From assembly GCA_020536535.1 (NCBI GenBank), contig JAHLWZ010000644.1, positions 1 through 64,000 on the forward strand: a DNA stretch of 64,000 bases. The letters are read 5' to 3'. This stretch comes from Pelomyxa schiedti. Lineage: Eukaryota > Protista > Evosea. Each line of letters starts with the position of its first letter. Positions within the stretch are counted from its first letter, which is position 1. Positions 39,047-52,400 of the stretch are shown here, one piece after another. Position numbers and translations under genes: made by a program. The notes below the pieces were generated by a model that searched no databases, was not told the DNA's origin, and was given only the letters and a program-made list of their open reading frames with translations.

Positions 39047-40877
39047 TTAAATGAAGACTGCAAAGATTGTAAAGAGAGTCCCAGCCATGACCAACAAGGC
39101 AGTAGTTGTTAATCCAGAACCAGCACATATGGAGAATGAATCCACTCCAATAACCACATCTTGTAGCGTAAGTTTTGAATTTTTAAAAATAATTAAACAT
39201 ACCTGAGGAGTACTGGTTTCCAGCAAAAGTGAGACCAAGAACATTGTAGTCAGCGTAACTGTAAATTGGTGTCCATCCTTCCTCTGTAAATTTAAATTAA
39301 AGTTAGTTCAGTAACTTCATTACTAGTTGCGTCAGCAATAGGGATGCATAGTATTATTCACGTACGGTGGCGAGCTATAGCCTGGACAAACCAGGGGCGT
39401 TCAGAGGGGTCGTAGTCATATGAGAATTCCTTGTAAGAGTATGTAAGGATTGGAAATGACTTTGGGGAAAAAGAAAAGTGTGTACTTACATCCATCTCAT
39501 CAGTGAGGTCAAATTCCCCAGAGTCATCCATTGGGAACAGATGTACCGAGTTATCACCAAGGAGGTCATTACTCTAGTGTGAAGGCGAAGTTATGTGATA
39601 TACTGACTACTAGTCAATGGACTGGCGAGCAATACCTTAACTTCGAGAATCCAGTTAGTGTCATCGCACCTATCAGTGTCTCCATACACCCAAGATGCAC
39701 ATGTATCCACCGAGAAGTAGTCATTGGATGTAATATATGCCGAGTAGCTGGGAATTGATTAATTCAATTGCTCTCGACTTGAAGTATTGGAAATCGAAGT
39801 ACACTCACACAGAAGATACTGTGCCACCCCCGTTTATTACAAGTGCTGACCAGAGCAACGACGCCATTGTGTGAAGCTCTTCTTCTGTGCTAATATCATC
39901 CAGCAAGTCAGCCCCAAGTGTCACTGCAGAGTAGTATGCCGCGGGAGCATTACTTCCGGTGAAGCACCACAGTGGATCACATTCGTCAGGTTGGTCCGAA
40001 TCCCTTTTGGATGATACACCCTCAGTCGAGCAACAATAACGATCGGACTTACATGTCATAGTCACAGTCCTCAAAGTTGTTGTCACTTGGGCAAAGTTCC
40101 ACAGAGACAGTATCAGCGGCCACCTGAAGAAGGTCAGTAGAAGACCTTTAGCTGAAAAAACACTCTACCAACCTTTCCTCCAGGAATATCGAGCGCATAG
40201 GTTTTGCACATCTGGCCTGAGAGGAAATCTTCATAAGTGTCAGTCCAGCCAGTTATCCACCTATGGCAAAATGAGTAAGGAAATGAATATGTAGCCTAAT
40301 AGTACCAAGGGCGAGTAGTAGGGTCGTATGATGAGTTTGAATGGCCAATATCGTACAAGTAAGAGCCGTCATTTGTTTCATAAAAGTGCACATATGTGTC
40401 ACCAAACACAGCTTCGTTCACAACAAAACCAACGTAGCTATAGTATGAAGAAATCAAATCGCAACCGCTGTAATAGAGTCAGTACCAAACCATTCAAACT
40501 ACAGAAAAAGAGGCCGTACTAGCCCTGAAATCCGAGAAGAGTGGTCTGTGTATAGCAGTCAGCCATTCCATACCACTCTCCAGTCTCTTGACCAACATAA
40601 ATCACACCAGAATACCCTGCTAGTGTTAGCCAAGAATAACCAAAAAAGGGAGTATAGCCTCACCGTTTGCGTATGCCTTCAGGTACTTCCACAGCAATTC
40701 CAGAGGTTCATCAAAGTCAGACTCCCAAGTAATACCACTAAACACAGTGGTCTCTGTTGCAGCCAGAGCAGTGGCTGCTGAGTAGGCCCAGGAGTTTTCA
40801 GCGCACCAGTAACCGCCCGTTCTTCCTACAAGCAACAGTGCCAAAGTTCCAACGATTACAGACAGGAACACCTTCAT
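39047..40877 (-). CDS. Secreted/GPI-like protein with two Cache-like modules
   Basis: Signal peptide MKVFLSVIVGTLALLLVG; YDPTTRPW|W...WTDTY and YDPSERPWF...GWTPIY...VVIGVD; hydrophobic terminal tail. Confidence 0.7.
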
Positions 40878-41596
40878 TGTCTTTTTTTTTTTTCTGTTTG
40901 CTATTTGGTTTTGCTGTGGCCTTTTAAGGGCGTGTCTTGACCAACTTCGGACGATCTCCAAGTTACTTCTTTCCCCATCAGATAACTTCACACATGTTCT
41001 CTGTATTGAAGTTTGTGATGTGTCAACTGACATACAGAAGGACCGAAGAATATACAGGGAAAAGATCAGGACAGCTGCCGCTGCGAACCGCGAGGGCTTC
41101 CTTGTCCCGCTCCGCCGCAATGGGCATAAGGAAACCAAGGGAACTTTCGTGGTATAGCATCATCTAGAACTCAACCTTACTCCTACTTGTTAATTTCAAA
41201 CGTGGGCCAGTGGGTTTTTTTTCTGAGCTTTTAATGCCACGGAGAGCCCGCTTACAAGCTTGGAGGATGTGGGCCCATTCTCATAAAACGGGCACCACAA
41301 GCTCGAGGGTCGAATCTCATGGTCAAACGGGCCGGTTGCCGGTTCCGGTCCAATAAATTATCCATAAATCAAGCTCTTGTGTTTTTTTCTTAAAACGAGT
41401 GGTGTTGATGCGGAAAGGCGGTGGCGGGTGGGTGGGTGGATCTGCGGTGGTGGAGACACGACGTCTGATTGGTGTTGTTGCGTGTGTAGATCACGCTGAC
41501 ACTCTGTGCTCCTGGTTCAATGATCCTGCCGTTTCAATGTTTTCTTTCTTTTTTTTTTTTTTTGCTTTGTTTTTTTCTTACCAAACAGAAAGGTTT

Positions 41597-42281
41597 ATGG
41601 ATGACCCAGAGGAGGTTGTCACTTTAGACGTTGTAAAAGACTGGTATCGCACTCCAGAAGATGAGGATGATGTATCCCTTGGTATTCGCATTCACATTTG
41701 AGATTATACTCAAGTAGAGCCACACAAGTATTCCTATGCCGTGATACCAAGAAATGCCTTGGTTATGGGGCAGTTTACAGCTGGAAGCAGAACCATACCA
41801 GCCAATGTATCCATGTTCTGGACCCTCCTTCAGTGGGGCAAGATCAATGTCCACTAGAAGAATCAGATGCCTCTGCAACCACCAGCAGCGCCGCCGCGGT
41901 TAACGATAATTCTCAGTCCTGTGATGTGGAACACTCATGCTCGTGTTCCTATACAGCTGAGTTCTCCTTTGTCGTGGGTGACGAAGTGGCACGTGGGCAG
42001 GGCTATGGCAGTGAAATTTTAGGAGCGTTGTGTGAACTGGCCTTTTCTCCTTCTGGCCCTTTCAAGTACCTTTGCTGCATGATATTCTTATATCAAATAA
42101 GGAAGCAAACAAAGATTTGTTGTGCAGGGTATCTAAACTGCTTTGTGACATAGTGGCAGATAATTCTCCCTCCGTCAAAGCTGTTCAGCGACTTGGGTTT
42201 CAAACCATGCAGGTTAGAAATGGAGCACACACCTACGCTGGTCAAGTTTATGACCTCATTGATTTTGAGCTCACAAAGTAA
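41597..42281 (+). CDS. GNAT (RimJ/RimL-like) acetyltransferase
   Basis: AEFSFVVGDEVARGQGYGSE (acetyl-CoA motif A), DIVADNSPSVKAVQRLGF. Confidence 0.85.
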
Positions 42282-42485
42282 AACCCCAAATGTCTGTTTC
42301 TCATTTTTTTTAATGTCTTTCTAGGGAGGAGTGGATGCCCAATAGAGACACCTCCATAAGACTGTTGCTTTGATTTTGTATTTGTAAGAATATTTCGAAA
42401 CATACTTTACCAAAGTGAAGCAGCCTTCACTCTCCTAAAGACATTGTTCAACAACCAAGAAAGGTATTTATTTCCCCTCTAGGGA

Positions 42486-43386
42486 TTACAACAATTTTGC
42501 AGCCCAGGCAGCCATGTGCGATACCATTTGGCAATGTCTGTGCTCTTCAAGCTCTGGGTGGGGCCCAGATAGGACTGTACGCCCATTCCCATACACATCA
42601 GTTACCATCGCTTCATAGCCCTCAAAGCCTGTATTATCATCATCATATGTGGCGAGTGCTGTGCCCCCACTCATAGCTGGTCCATTTACGTGATACAGCG
42701 TCACCTGTAGTTGTATTTAGCCTTTATCTAGGCAGAATTGGTATTTTACATCTCCACTGAAGCCAAGTATTTCAGTACCAGCATCAGTCATCAATACATT
42801 GGTGTCACCAACATAATCAACTGCATTACACACAACATTTGGGGCTACTCCCCATCCAGTGTAGTAATCAACTGTCACACTGCAAGCGGAATACGCCCCA
42901 GCGCATGTTCCATAGTAACCCTTACCCTTAGTCCCCACAAAGCTTTGTATGGCAGCGCCATCAATGTTACTATTATGCAAATAAGAATAACCCGACGTTC
43001 CACCTTAGTTTTTTTTCCCCCTTTTTGTTAGTTTCTTATTTTCCCAGTAAAAAGGGAACATTTCTTTGCTCTCAACGGTGTTGTCTTTATATAATAAAAT
43101 AGTATGTTGAAACAAAAGGAATTGAAACCACACCAGGCATTGCCACCACATCGTAGCTGGACAGTATTGTTGAAGTTATCTTTGTGGAGTAGGCGTGTTT
43201 GAACACAACACCAGGAGTGAGGTTGTAGTTGTTGGAGTAGTCCAGGCAGTATGCAATGCCCTCGTAGCTGTTGTAGGCCGCATCGTCCCCAGAGTATATC
43301 ACCACGTTGACTACAGTACTTCCACAAACTATAGTCACTGCCGTGAGGAGTACGAGATAACAGGCTGTTGTGAGTGTCATCTTCAC
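42486..43386 (-). CDS. Secreted BPL_N-type class I glutamine-amidotransferase-like protein
   Basis: Signal peptide; YDVVAMPG|G, GKGYYGTCAGAY (nucleophile Cys), YHVNGP, YGNGRTVLSGPHPE (His-x-Glu); two introns. Confidence 0.85.
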
Positions 43387-43542
43387 AAACCAAAGGAAAA
43401 AAAAGTTTTTTTTTTGTTGGAACTTGTTGATTTAGTTAGTGGAAAGGGAAACCGAAAACCGCCTGTTATGGCTGGAATGTGATGAATTTGATGTCACAAC
43501 TTTTGTTTGTGGAATGTTGAGGTGTTTGGCTCATAGGGATTG

Positions 43543-45994
43543 TTAGAAATTGCTACGAACGGAGAACACCTTGGCGCCGTTCAGTACTTGTGGATAGCCG
43601 GGAATTTCTTGGAGTGCTGTTTGTATGGCTTGTGAGCAGTTTATGTGTTCAATGGGGCGCTTTCCAATGAGCTCCAGAACTCCAGCAGTGGTTACTAGGG
43701 CACAGCCAAACACATCAACCATCTTCATTCTGCATACTCCGTCCTCATTGAGCGATTCTGCCGCGGTTGTGGATTCCCTCAGCCGGCTTGTTTCCATTAC
43801 AGTTGTCATGATGCTGAAATCGGCCCTGGCAACGGCTAGATGATGTAAAGCTACATCTGTAATTTGTGTACACTGCTGCAGAACAACCGTGGCAAGAAGC
43901 GGGCAGCGCCGCGATAGTACAGACACCCCAACGTCAGTTACAAGGCCGTTGTGGCTGAGGTCAATGTTGACAAGCCCTGGGCAGTGTTTGGCAATGGAGG
44001 TAATCGCGGTGTCAGTGAGCGGAACGCACTGCGCGTTGAGGATGCGCAGGGACCATATTGGCGGGGGAACCATTGGTGGGCACTGGCTGTATGACGCGTG
44101 CTGCACCGGCGGGCACTCTATAGGGTGGTTGATGGATTCTTCCGGTGCTGGCATGAGGGGAATAATAATGGATGAAGATGAGGTCGAAGGCTGAGGTGGT
44201 GGTTCTGCTACTGTTTCAGGTACTTCTGCACCTTCCGGAGCAGTGGGTTCTGCTGGTGCCACTGGTTCAAGCTCTTTCATGCAGAACGCAGTATCATCAA
44301 TTGCTCGGCAATCGGAAATATTCAAAGTGCGTAGGAGACTGCACTTAAGTACGAGCGAAGCAATACCAACGCCAGTAACATGTCTTGCACCAGCCATATT
44401 GGCAACAAGAAGGTAGAGCAGGTGTTTACTGAGGTGAACAAGTGCTTCATCATTTGTTGTGGCTGGAAAAGAAATTCCTTCCAAACTTATGCAGGATCCC
44501 AAGCACAATAAACCCTCTGGTGTAATTCGACTGCATCCAGTCAGAAAAATGCTCTTGAGAGACAGGCAAGTCTTCCCAATAACCCTCAGAACTGTATCAT
44601 CCACGCCACAACGAGAAAATACTAGTTGTTTCGCATGCGGTAAACGCCCACAGAGAGTGGACAAAGACCCCGTGTCAAGATCATAACATTCTGTGAGATT
44701 TAACTGCTGCACAGAACCCTCAGTTTTTGCCACAAGAGACAATAATGGCATGGGCTTCAGAACTTGGCATTTGAATAAAGATATCTCTTGTAACATTCGC
44801 ATGGGACTGACAGAGGTTATGGATGTTATATCCCAGCAGTCACTACAACCAAGATACATCAGGTGTGGCGTATTAAGAACTAAACCTGTAAGTTTGCTGC
44901 ACACACTAAATGAGCGAAGGGTTTCACTTTGAATGGTAAGGGTGCCATTGATGGCCATACAGTGGTTACAAGCAAGGAATTCAAGATGCCGGCAGACTGA
45001 AACCACATTTTCAATTGCTTGGCCACTCACCAGAGGACACTCGCTCACATCAATCTCCTATTTAGAAGAATGAGAGGAAACACAGTGGCAACAACAAAAC
45101 AGGAAAAAGCCAAGAGAGGAAAAGAACCAGTAAGAAAGGATTTGCCCGCGAGATTTGCTCAAGAACTGAGGAGGAGAGCTTGTGACATCTGCACAGGTCC
45201 AATGTAACAAGGTTGCTGCAGTATGTGGAAATGGGTGACAGAACACAGGAAGTGACTGGGGACGGGCCACGATCAAAAGAGGGTGAGACAACAAAACGGG
45301 TGAGGGATCGCCCCATGTGCTGAAGAATGGGAACAAGAGTGTCCGTGCAAACAAGGTTGTCACGCAATAATGCACTCAGTACACTATCAGCCACTTCTGA
45401 TGGTACAATGGTTGATGCTGAAAAAGAATATGAAGACTCAGGGCGTCTGGTGAGTGCCCTAGAGCAAAGAGTAACCAAGGAGGGCACCTTATTTTGTGTT
45501 ATTATGTGACAGCTTTGTCACATAATAGAAAAAGTGTACAAATAAGCACAAAAAAACCGAAAGTATTTCGGAATTGGGCTGAAAAAGGAAAAAAAAAAAG
45601 GGCCTGCCTGTTTATCCAACTGGGATATCTTTGACGTTGGCCTGGTGTAACTGCGGGCCCTTGTCAACTCATTGAAGTAAAATGTAACACCAGCGAGAGA
45701 CCGTCTCTCCTGCCAACCAGGTGGAAGTGGGGGAAGCTGCTGTGTATGGATGTTGGTTATCCCATAACGGAAGGAAGACTCATCTCCTAGGGGGAAAAAA
45801 AAAACTGCGCTGTAGTGGGAGGAAATGAAAAAACCTCATTGGTGGTCCTTGAGCTCGACGAAGTTGTTCTTGTGGATGGCTTGACTCCACTGGTGGGAAC
45901 ATAAATAAAAAGAAAAAAAAATGAGCGAGGAGGAACCAACGACTTATGGGACAAACCTGGGCAAAGGCGGGGGGGGCGGTGGTGCATCGTCCAT
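43543..45994 (-). CDS. WW domain + AMN1/FBXL-type cysteine-containing LRR protein
   Basis: Exon near 45608-45750 gives LPPGWQERRSLAGVTFYFNELTRARSYTRP (WW); then VPSLVTLCSRAL and many LxxLxLxxCxxITD repeats. 5' exon structure inferred. Confidence 0.75.
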
Positions 45995-46104
45995 GTTTTT
46001 CTTGTTTTTTTCTCTTCTTTTTCTTTCAGAATATTTCAGTGCAACAAAGTCGCATTTTGTTGTTGAAAGATTCCTTGGTTCCGGTGCCTGCACGGAAAAA
46101 CTTT

Positions 46105-46179
46105 CGGGCGTGGCAGGATTCGAACCTGCAAGTCTCCTGATTCGAAGTCAGGTGCGTTATCCAGTTGCGCTACACGCCC
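46105..46179 (-). tRNA. tRNA-Arg(TCG)
   Basis: Cloverleaf: acceptor GGGCGTG/CACGCCC, anticodon arm CCTGA-CTTCGAA-TCAGG, T arm GCAGG-TTCGAAT-CCTGC; TTTTT terminator a few nt downstream. Confidence 0.95.
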
Positions 46180-46645
46180 TTGAACTTTCTACGGAGGGTG
46201 AGCACTACCTGGAGCAGAACACGGAGGAAAAACCACTCACTAGAAGAGACAAGATCTTTAGGGTTCCCCTAATGTTGTTGCGATGTAACAACAAAAACTC
46301 CAAATGGTTTTTCCTTTTTGTGAGGAGCTGTCGTTGCCTTGTTCAGAGTACCCATGGTGGACGTATCCCCTTTGGGACGGGAAAAAGGACTAAGGAGTGG
46401 ATGGAAGAGTGAGTGGCATGGAAAGAAGGAGGACCCCAAGTTGGAAATTTTTGACTTCTGCGATCTATAAGATGGCAGCTTCTGCTTCTTGTTAGGGCAG
46501 GCCAATTTTTCTCGTTCATTTTCGCAGTTATTTATAACTCTTGCACAAGAACAAAAAAAAACACAACAAATCAAAAAAGCAACAGACAGAAACAACCCAC
46601 CCAATACAAAAAAACAAAACAAAAAAAACACACCGGACAGATCCC

Positions 46646-47623
<978 letters not shown>

Positions 47624-47770
47624 AAAACACACTTTTTTCTCTCGCGTTTTTTGGTGTAATGTAAAATCACAAGCCCTAGGGTGAGGCCTACTTTGTTAAA
47701 AGGGGAAAAAAAAAAATTAAAAACCCATCAAAATCCGTCTTTTTTCCTGTTCTTCATCAAACGTGACAAA

Positions 47771-49287
47771 ATGCCCAAGGCAAAGAGGGGAACCACGAGG
47801 AGGGAGCCTCCCACCAAGGCTGCAAATGCAAACAGACACGGATCCCATAAGGACGGTTGTGGGTCGTGCTGTTGCTGTTGTTGCGGGGCGAAGGGCTGTG
47901 CGTTGGTGTGCTTGGTGCTGGGGGTTGCGGCGGCTGCAGGGGCGGCGTGGCTCGTGAGGATGTCGGCTCCTTTGGAGCTGGACCTGGCCCCGTGCGGGGA
48001 CTGGGCGGCAAAATCGGGGGCGAGGCTACAGCTGGATGATGGGAGGAATCTATCTTACAGGGTTTATGGTGTGCCCTGCCCGGCGGGAGCCAATTGTGGG
48101 AGGGAAGCTGCTTGGTGCAGTCACATGTCTTCTTATTTTTTACTTTTAGTTCGAAGTCATGATTTGATGCTTAATTTAGTGTAATTTTTAGCCTGTATAT
48201 TGGTATTAAAATCTGAGTTAAATTAATATGATTTCCACCATAATAGGTTCTGGAGAACACGTTGTTTTCTACCTCCACCCTGACCCACAGTCTAGTGGGT
48301 GGGTTCATCCAAATATAGAAGATTTCTGCCGTGAAACTAACACTCGCATCCTGGCACTTGATCGACCTGGAGTAGGCCTCTCATCCCCACAACCCCGGCG
48401 CAATTTCCCCGACTATGCAGATGGTGTGTAACAATTTTCAGTAACTGCAACCTCACAGTAATTAATAAAGATGTCATTCAGTTGGTGACACACCTCGGCA
48501 TTACAAACTTCTCTGTAATTGGGCACAGTGCTGGAACTCCACACGCTCTTGCACTTGGAGCTGACCCGCGAGTAAAATCGCTTGGTATGTTTCTTTACAG
48601 AGATACCGTGGACTAAGTTCTTTAAGGTCTGCAACAAATTGCCTTGATTGGTCCCATATATCCCCCAAAGGAATTTAACAGCGGAACTTTGGAGGGAATG
48701 TCTAAAACGAACATCCTTGTCACTAAGCTAGCGAGGCGTTTCCCTTATGCTATCAAGCTTTATCTGTGTGTAACACGTTTCATGGGTTCCCTCTCGTAAC
48801 GGAGTTTAGTTCCTTGGTTCCTATAATGGCGAGACTGCTAGGAACAGAAACTACAATCAAGCTCCTTCTTTCTGAAAGCCCCAGAGACGTTTCTCTTGCA
48901 TTATCCTCGTACGTCAACCACCAAAACAACAAACAAAAACAACAAACAACCCACTAATTACACCTAAACAACAAAACAACCAGGCCTGAATGGATGCAAA
49001 GATTCGAGTGTTCGCTGGTAGAACACTTCGCGCAAGGATTCGCGCCGGCCGCACACGAATTCTACAGAATCGCCGAAGTGGACTGGCACTTTTCTCCCGC
49101 CAACGTGCAAGTACCCCTGGATTGCTGGGTGGGCTCAGACGACACCCTGACACCCAGTTTCATGGCCCATACCATATGCGAAATGGTCCCAATGTGCCGA
49201 GGAGTGCATGTCATTGACGGCGAGGGCCACTATAGCATCTACGCCAATCACTTGGAAGCAATTCTAAAGGGCCTGTTTGGGCATTGA
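47771..49287 (+). CDS. Membrane-anchored alpha/beta hydrolase
   Basis: N-terminal TM; LDDGRNLSYRVYG, LALDRPGVGLS, GHSAG nucleophile, WVGSDDTL, DGEGHYS. Confidence 0.9.
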
Positions 49288-49472
49288 GCGTCCCTCTCAC
49301 CTGTATCTCTTCTGCTATTTTCGCCATTTGAACAGCCGTAAAATGGTGCGTTTAACTTCGATGAATTTGTGCGGAAATGAAATGTGACCTTCTGAGAAAA
49401 TTACGTAATTAATCAGACCGAGACGCAACGGCAACAACAATAATAGGAATTCAAAACCAATAAAAAAACGAG

Positions 49473-52400
49473 ATGGCGAGATGTGCGGAGGTGGGTTGCA
49501 TTGCTGCGGTGCAGAGATTCTGCACAAACGACGGTCCTGGATTACGCACTACCGTGTTTCTGAAAGTATGGGGTTTTTTTACTGTTTCTTTCGCACCGTT
49601 TTTTGCTCTTGACTCGCGTGATCTCATCGAAAAATATATAGGGGTGTAATATGCGATGCGGGTGGTGTTGTAACCCAGAGTGCCTGAGTTCAGTTGTTCA
49701 ACAACGAATGGGAGAAACTACTGTTGGGTTTTATCAAACCGCTCAACAACTAGCGAGCCAACTTGTGCGTGATAAAGCATTCTGGAGCTATTCCTATGTT
49801 CCTTCTTCTGCGCCGCAACCAGTTTCAACAGCAGCAACGGCAATGCAACCAGTGGACCAGATTAATGGAATGCTTGGTAATCCCAGTTCCGAGGAAGTTG
49901 CTCGAGTACCCTCACGTGGAGGGGTAACCATTACTGGAGGAGAACCACTACTGCAATCTCAGTTTGTTTTGCACCTGGTCCGTGAGTTGAAAGCTCAAGG
50001 AATTCATGTTGCAATGGAGTCAAACGCTTCTCTAATTGCTCGTTCCGTCACCGCGAGGGAAGTCGTTAAAAGTCTGGACTACTGCATTGTTGATCTGAAA
50101 TGTGCTCATGAGTGCAAACATGAAGAAGTCACAGGAGTTGCTTTGGCTGATGTTAGGGAAGGAGTGGCAGTGGCAGCAAGTGAATGCCGTGATGTGCTTG
50201 TAAGAACTCCAGTAATCCCAGGAGTTAATAACACTTCTGAAGATATCGAATCACTAGCCAACTTGGTTGCATCACTTCCTTCTCGAGGTACCTTTTTTCT
50301 TGATACTATTTTTGTAAAACTTGTTGTCACTGATTCCTTGAAGTATCTTGGGAGTTGCTCCCTTATCACAACCGTGCAAAGGGGAAATACAGTTCCCTTG
50401 GTATACCCTACCTGCTGGGAAATCTTTCCCCTCTTTCACAGAAGGATTTAGCTCCACTTTCTGCTATTGCACAATACATCGCACCACCTCCAGATTTCGC
50501 ACCATCATTACCCAGCCCTCCTCAACAAATTTGCATCACTGGAGAACAAACCCACCGTAGTGCACGGACTGATACAATGTTGCGCGAACTATTAAATCTC
50601 CGTCCGAGTGTATCACATCATCGAGCCCAAGTTCTCACTGAATTTTTCCAAGATCTGGAGCATCAATCAATTCCAACACCAATATCCTATCCTCCCATTT
50701 CTCCAACCAATCCGACTACTATTAATGCCTCCAAGTCACCGGCCTTGGCTGTTGCTTTGGCATTCAAAAAGCTGTGTGAAGAAATTCCCGTGGGAATTCA
50801 TAGTAATGACCTCCTTGTGGGAGAGCGTGGAAAAGGCGGAGCTCCAAAAGTAGTTCCTACATACCCCGAGCTTCATGCGCACACAGCAGCAGAACTAAGG
50901 GAGCTAATATCAAGGAGTGTGCAGAAATTCGATGTTTCTGAGGACTGCGCTGCCCTTTTTGATCAACAAATCCACCCAAGCTGGCACGGAAAAACTGTTA
51001 CTGAAAACCTTATTTTTGCCAACCAATCTGAGTATAAAAACTATCTTACCTGTGGGGGTTTCACACAAGTATGTTTTGCAGCCAGTTAACACTTATCCAC
51101 TAAGACTCTGTCGTGTAGTTCATCGACTTCTTCCAGCCTTATACTGTCAACATGGATGATAGATTATACAGATTTGGTCTTGGGGGTGTTATTTCTGAGA
51201 TTCAGAAGCAGATTTTGCACCTACAATCCAACAAAACCTCTGCCGAAAGACCTGATTGCACAGAAGAATTCTATTCATTGTCCGCCATGTTAATCTCCTG
51301 CACTGCATTGATTAGCCTTGCCCATCGCTACGCTTCCTGTGCATTGCAGTTAGCTTCACAATGTGAGCAACCAGAAAGAAGAAATGAGCTCCAACAAATT
51401 GCACATGTATGCAATAGGGTTCCAGAGAATCCCCCAAGCACCTTGTGGGAAGCTATCCAATTTTATTGGTTTTTGCATATGGGGACTACACTAGAGAGCA
51501 ACAGTGATGCCCTTGGTCCTGGTTTTATTGACAGATACCTGGCACCCTTTTATTTTAGTGATGTATACGAAAAAAAGACCATCACCCATCAGTTCGCCCG
51601 TGAGCTATTAGAGGGTCTGGTATTAAAGTTGTATGCCCACTACACTACCCCAACAACGCTGGGAGAGAATGCTACATATGTCTATTTCTCTAATTTGCAA
51701 TTGGGCGGTGACAACCCAAATGAACTAAGTGCTATTTTTCTTGACATTTTAGACGACCTTCATCTATTTCAGCCACTGAGCCAGGCACTTACTCTGTAAC
51801 CTAAAATTTGGTTGTTAATACGCAAATAGGTTTTCATCTCTCAAAAAACACCAGATTGGTTTCTTCACCGAGCATGCCGTGCGATTCGACACGGAACTGG
51901 TTACCCGGCAGGTAGGAAACTTTCCATGGAGTTGTTTTTTTTTTCATCCCCCTATAGTATTCAACTTGGACAGTATCCGATCCCAGCTTCGCAATCACGG
52001 TTGCAGCTCAGAGGATGCTATGTCCAATGGGGGTGTTGTTGGCTGTGTTGAAACAATATGTGTTGGAAAGGAGTGCTTATTTACCGTCGGATACTTGAAT
52101 GCCACCAAGCCACTGGAACTTGCCCTAAACAACGGTTAGTACAATATTCCCGAAAACGTTTTCACTCTTTCAGGAGTTGACCCCTTGACCGGGCAATCTG
52201 TTGGCCCAGCAACGGGAGATCCTACAAAATTTACCTCACTCCAAGATGTCCTTGACGCCTATGTAGCACAGTTCAGGAACATGGTGAGAGTCAAGGTTGC
52301 GGGAGATTTTGATATCGAAACTCAAGCTGCCCGGAGATGGCCAACACCTTTCCGATCTGTTATAATAGACGGATGTGTTGAAAATCACGCACTGCTAGAA

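Noticed and set aside
40890-41400. Possible small gene or promoter element between the Cache and GNAT genes
   Set aside because: No consistent splice model or motif support.
45600-45800. Candidate SRP or other pol III ncRNA (poly-A flanks, gagagac/gtctctc hairpin)
   Set aside because: No SRP helix-8 motif; the region is explained by a minus-strand WW-domain exon.
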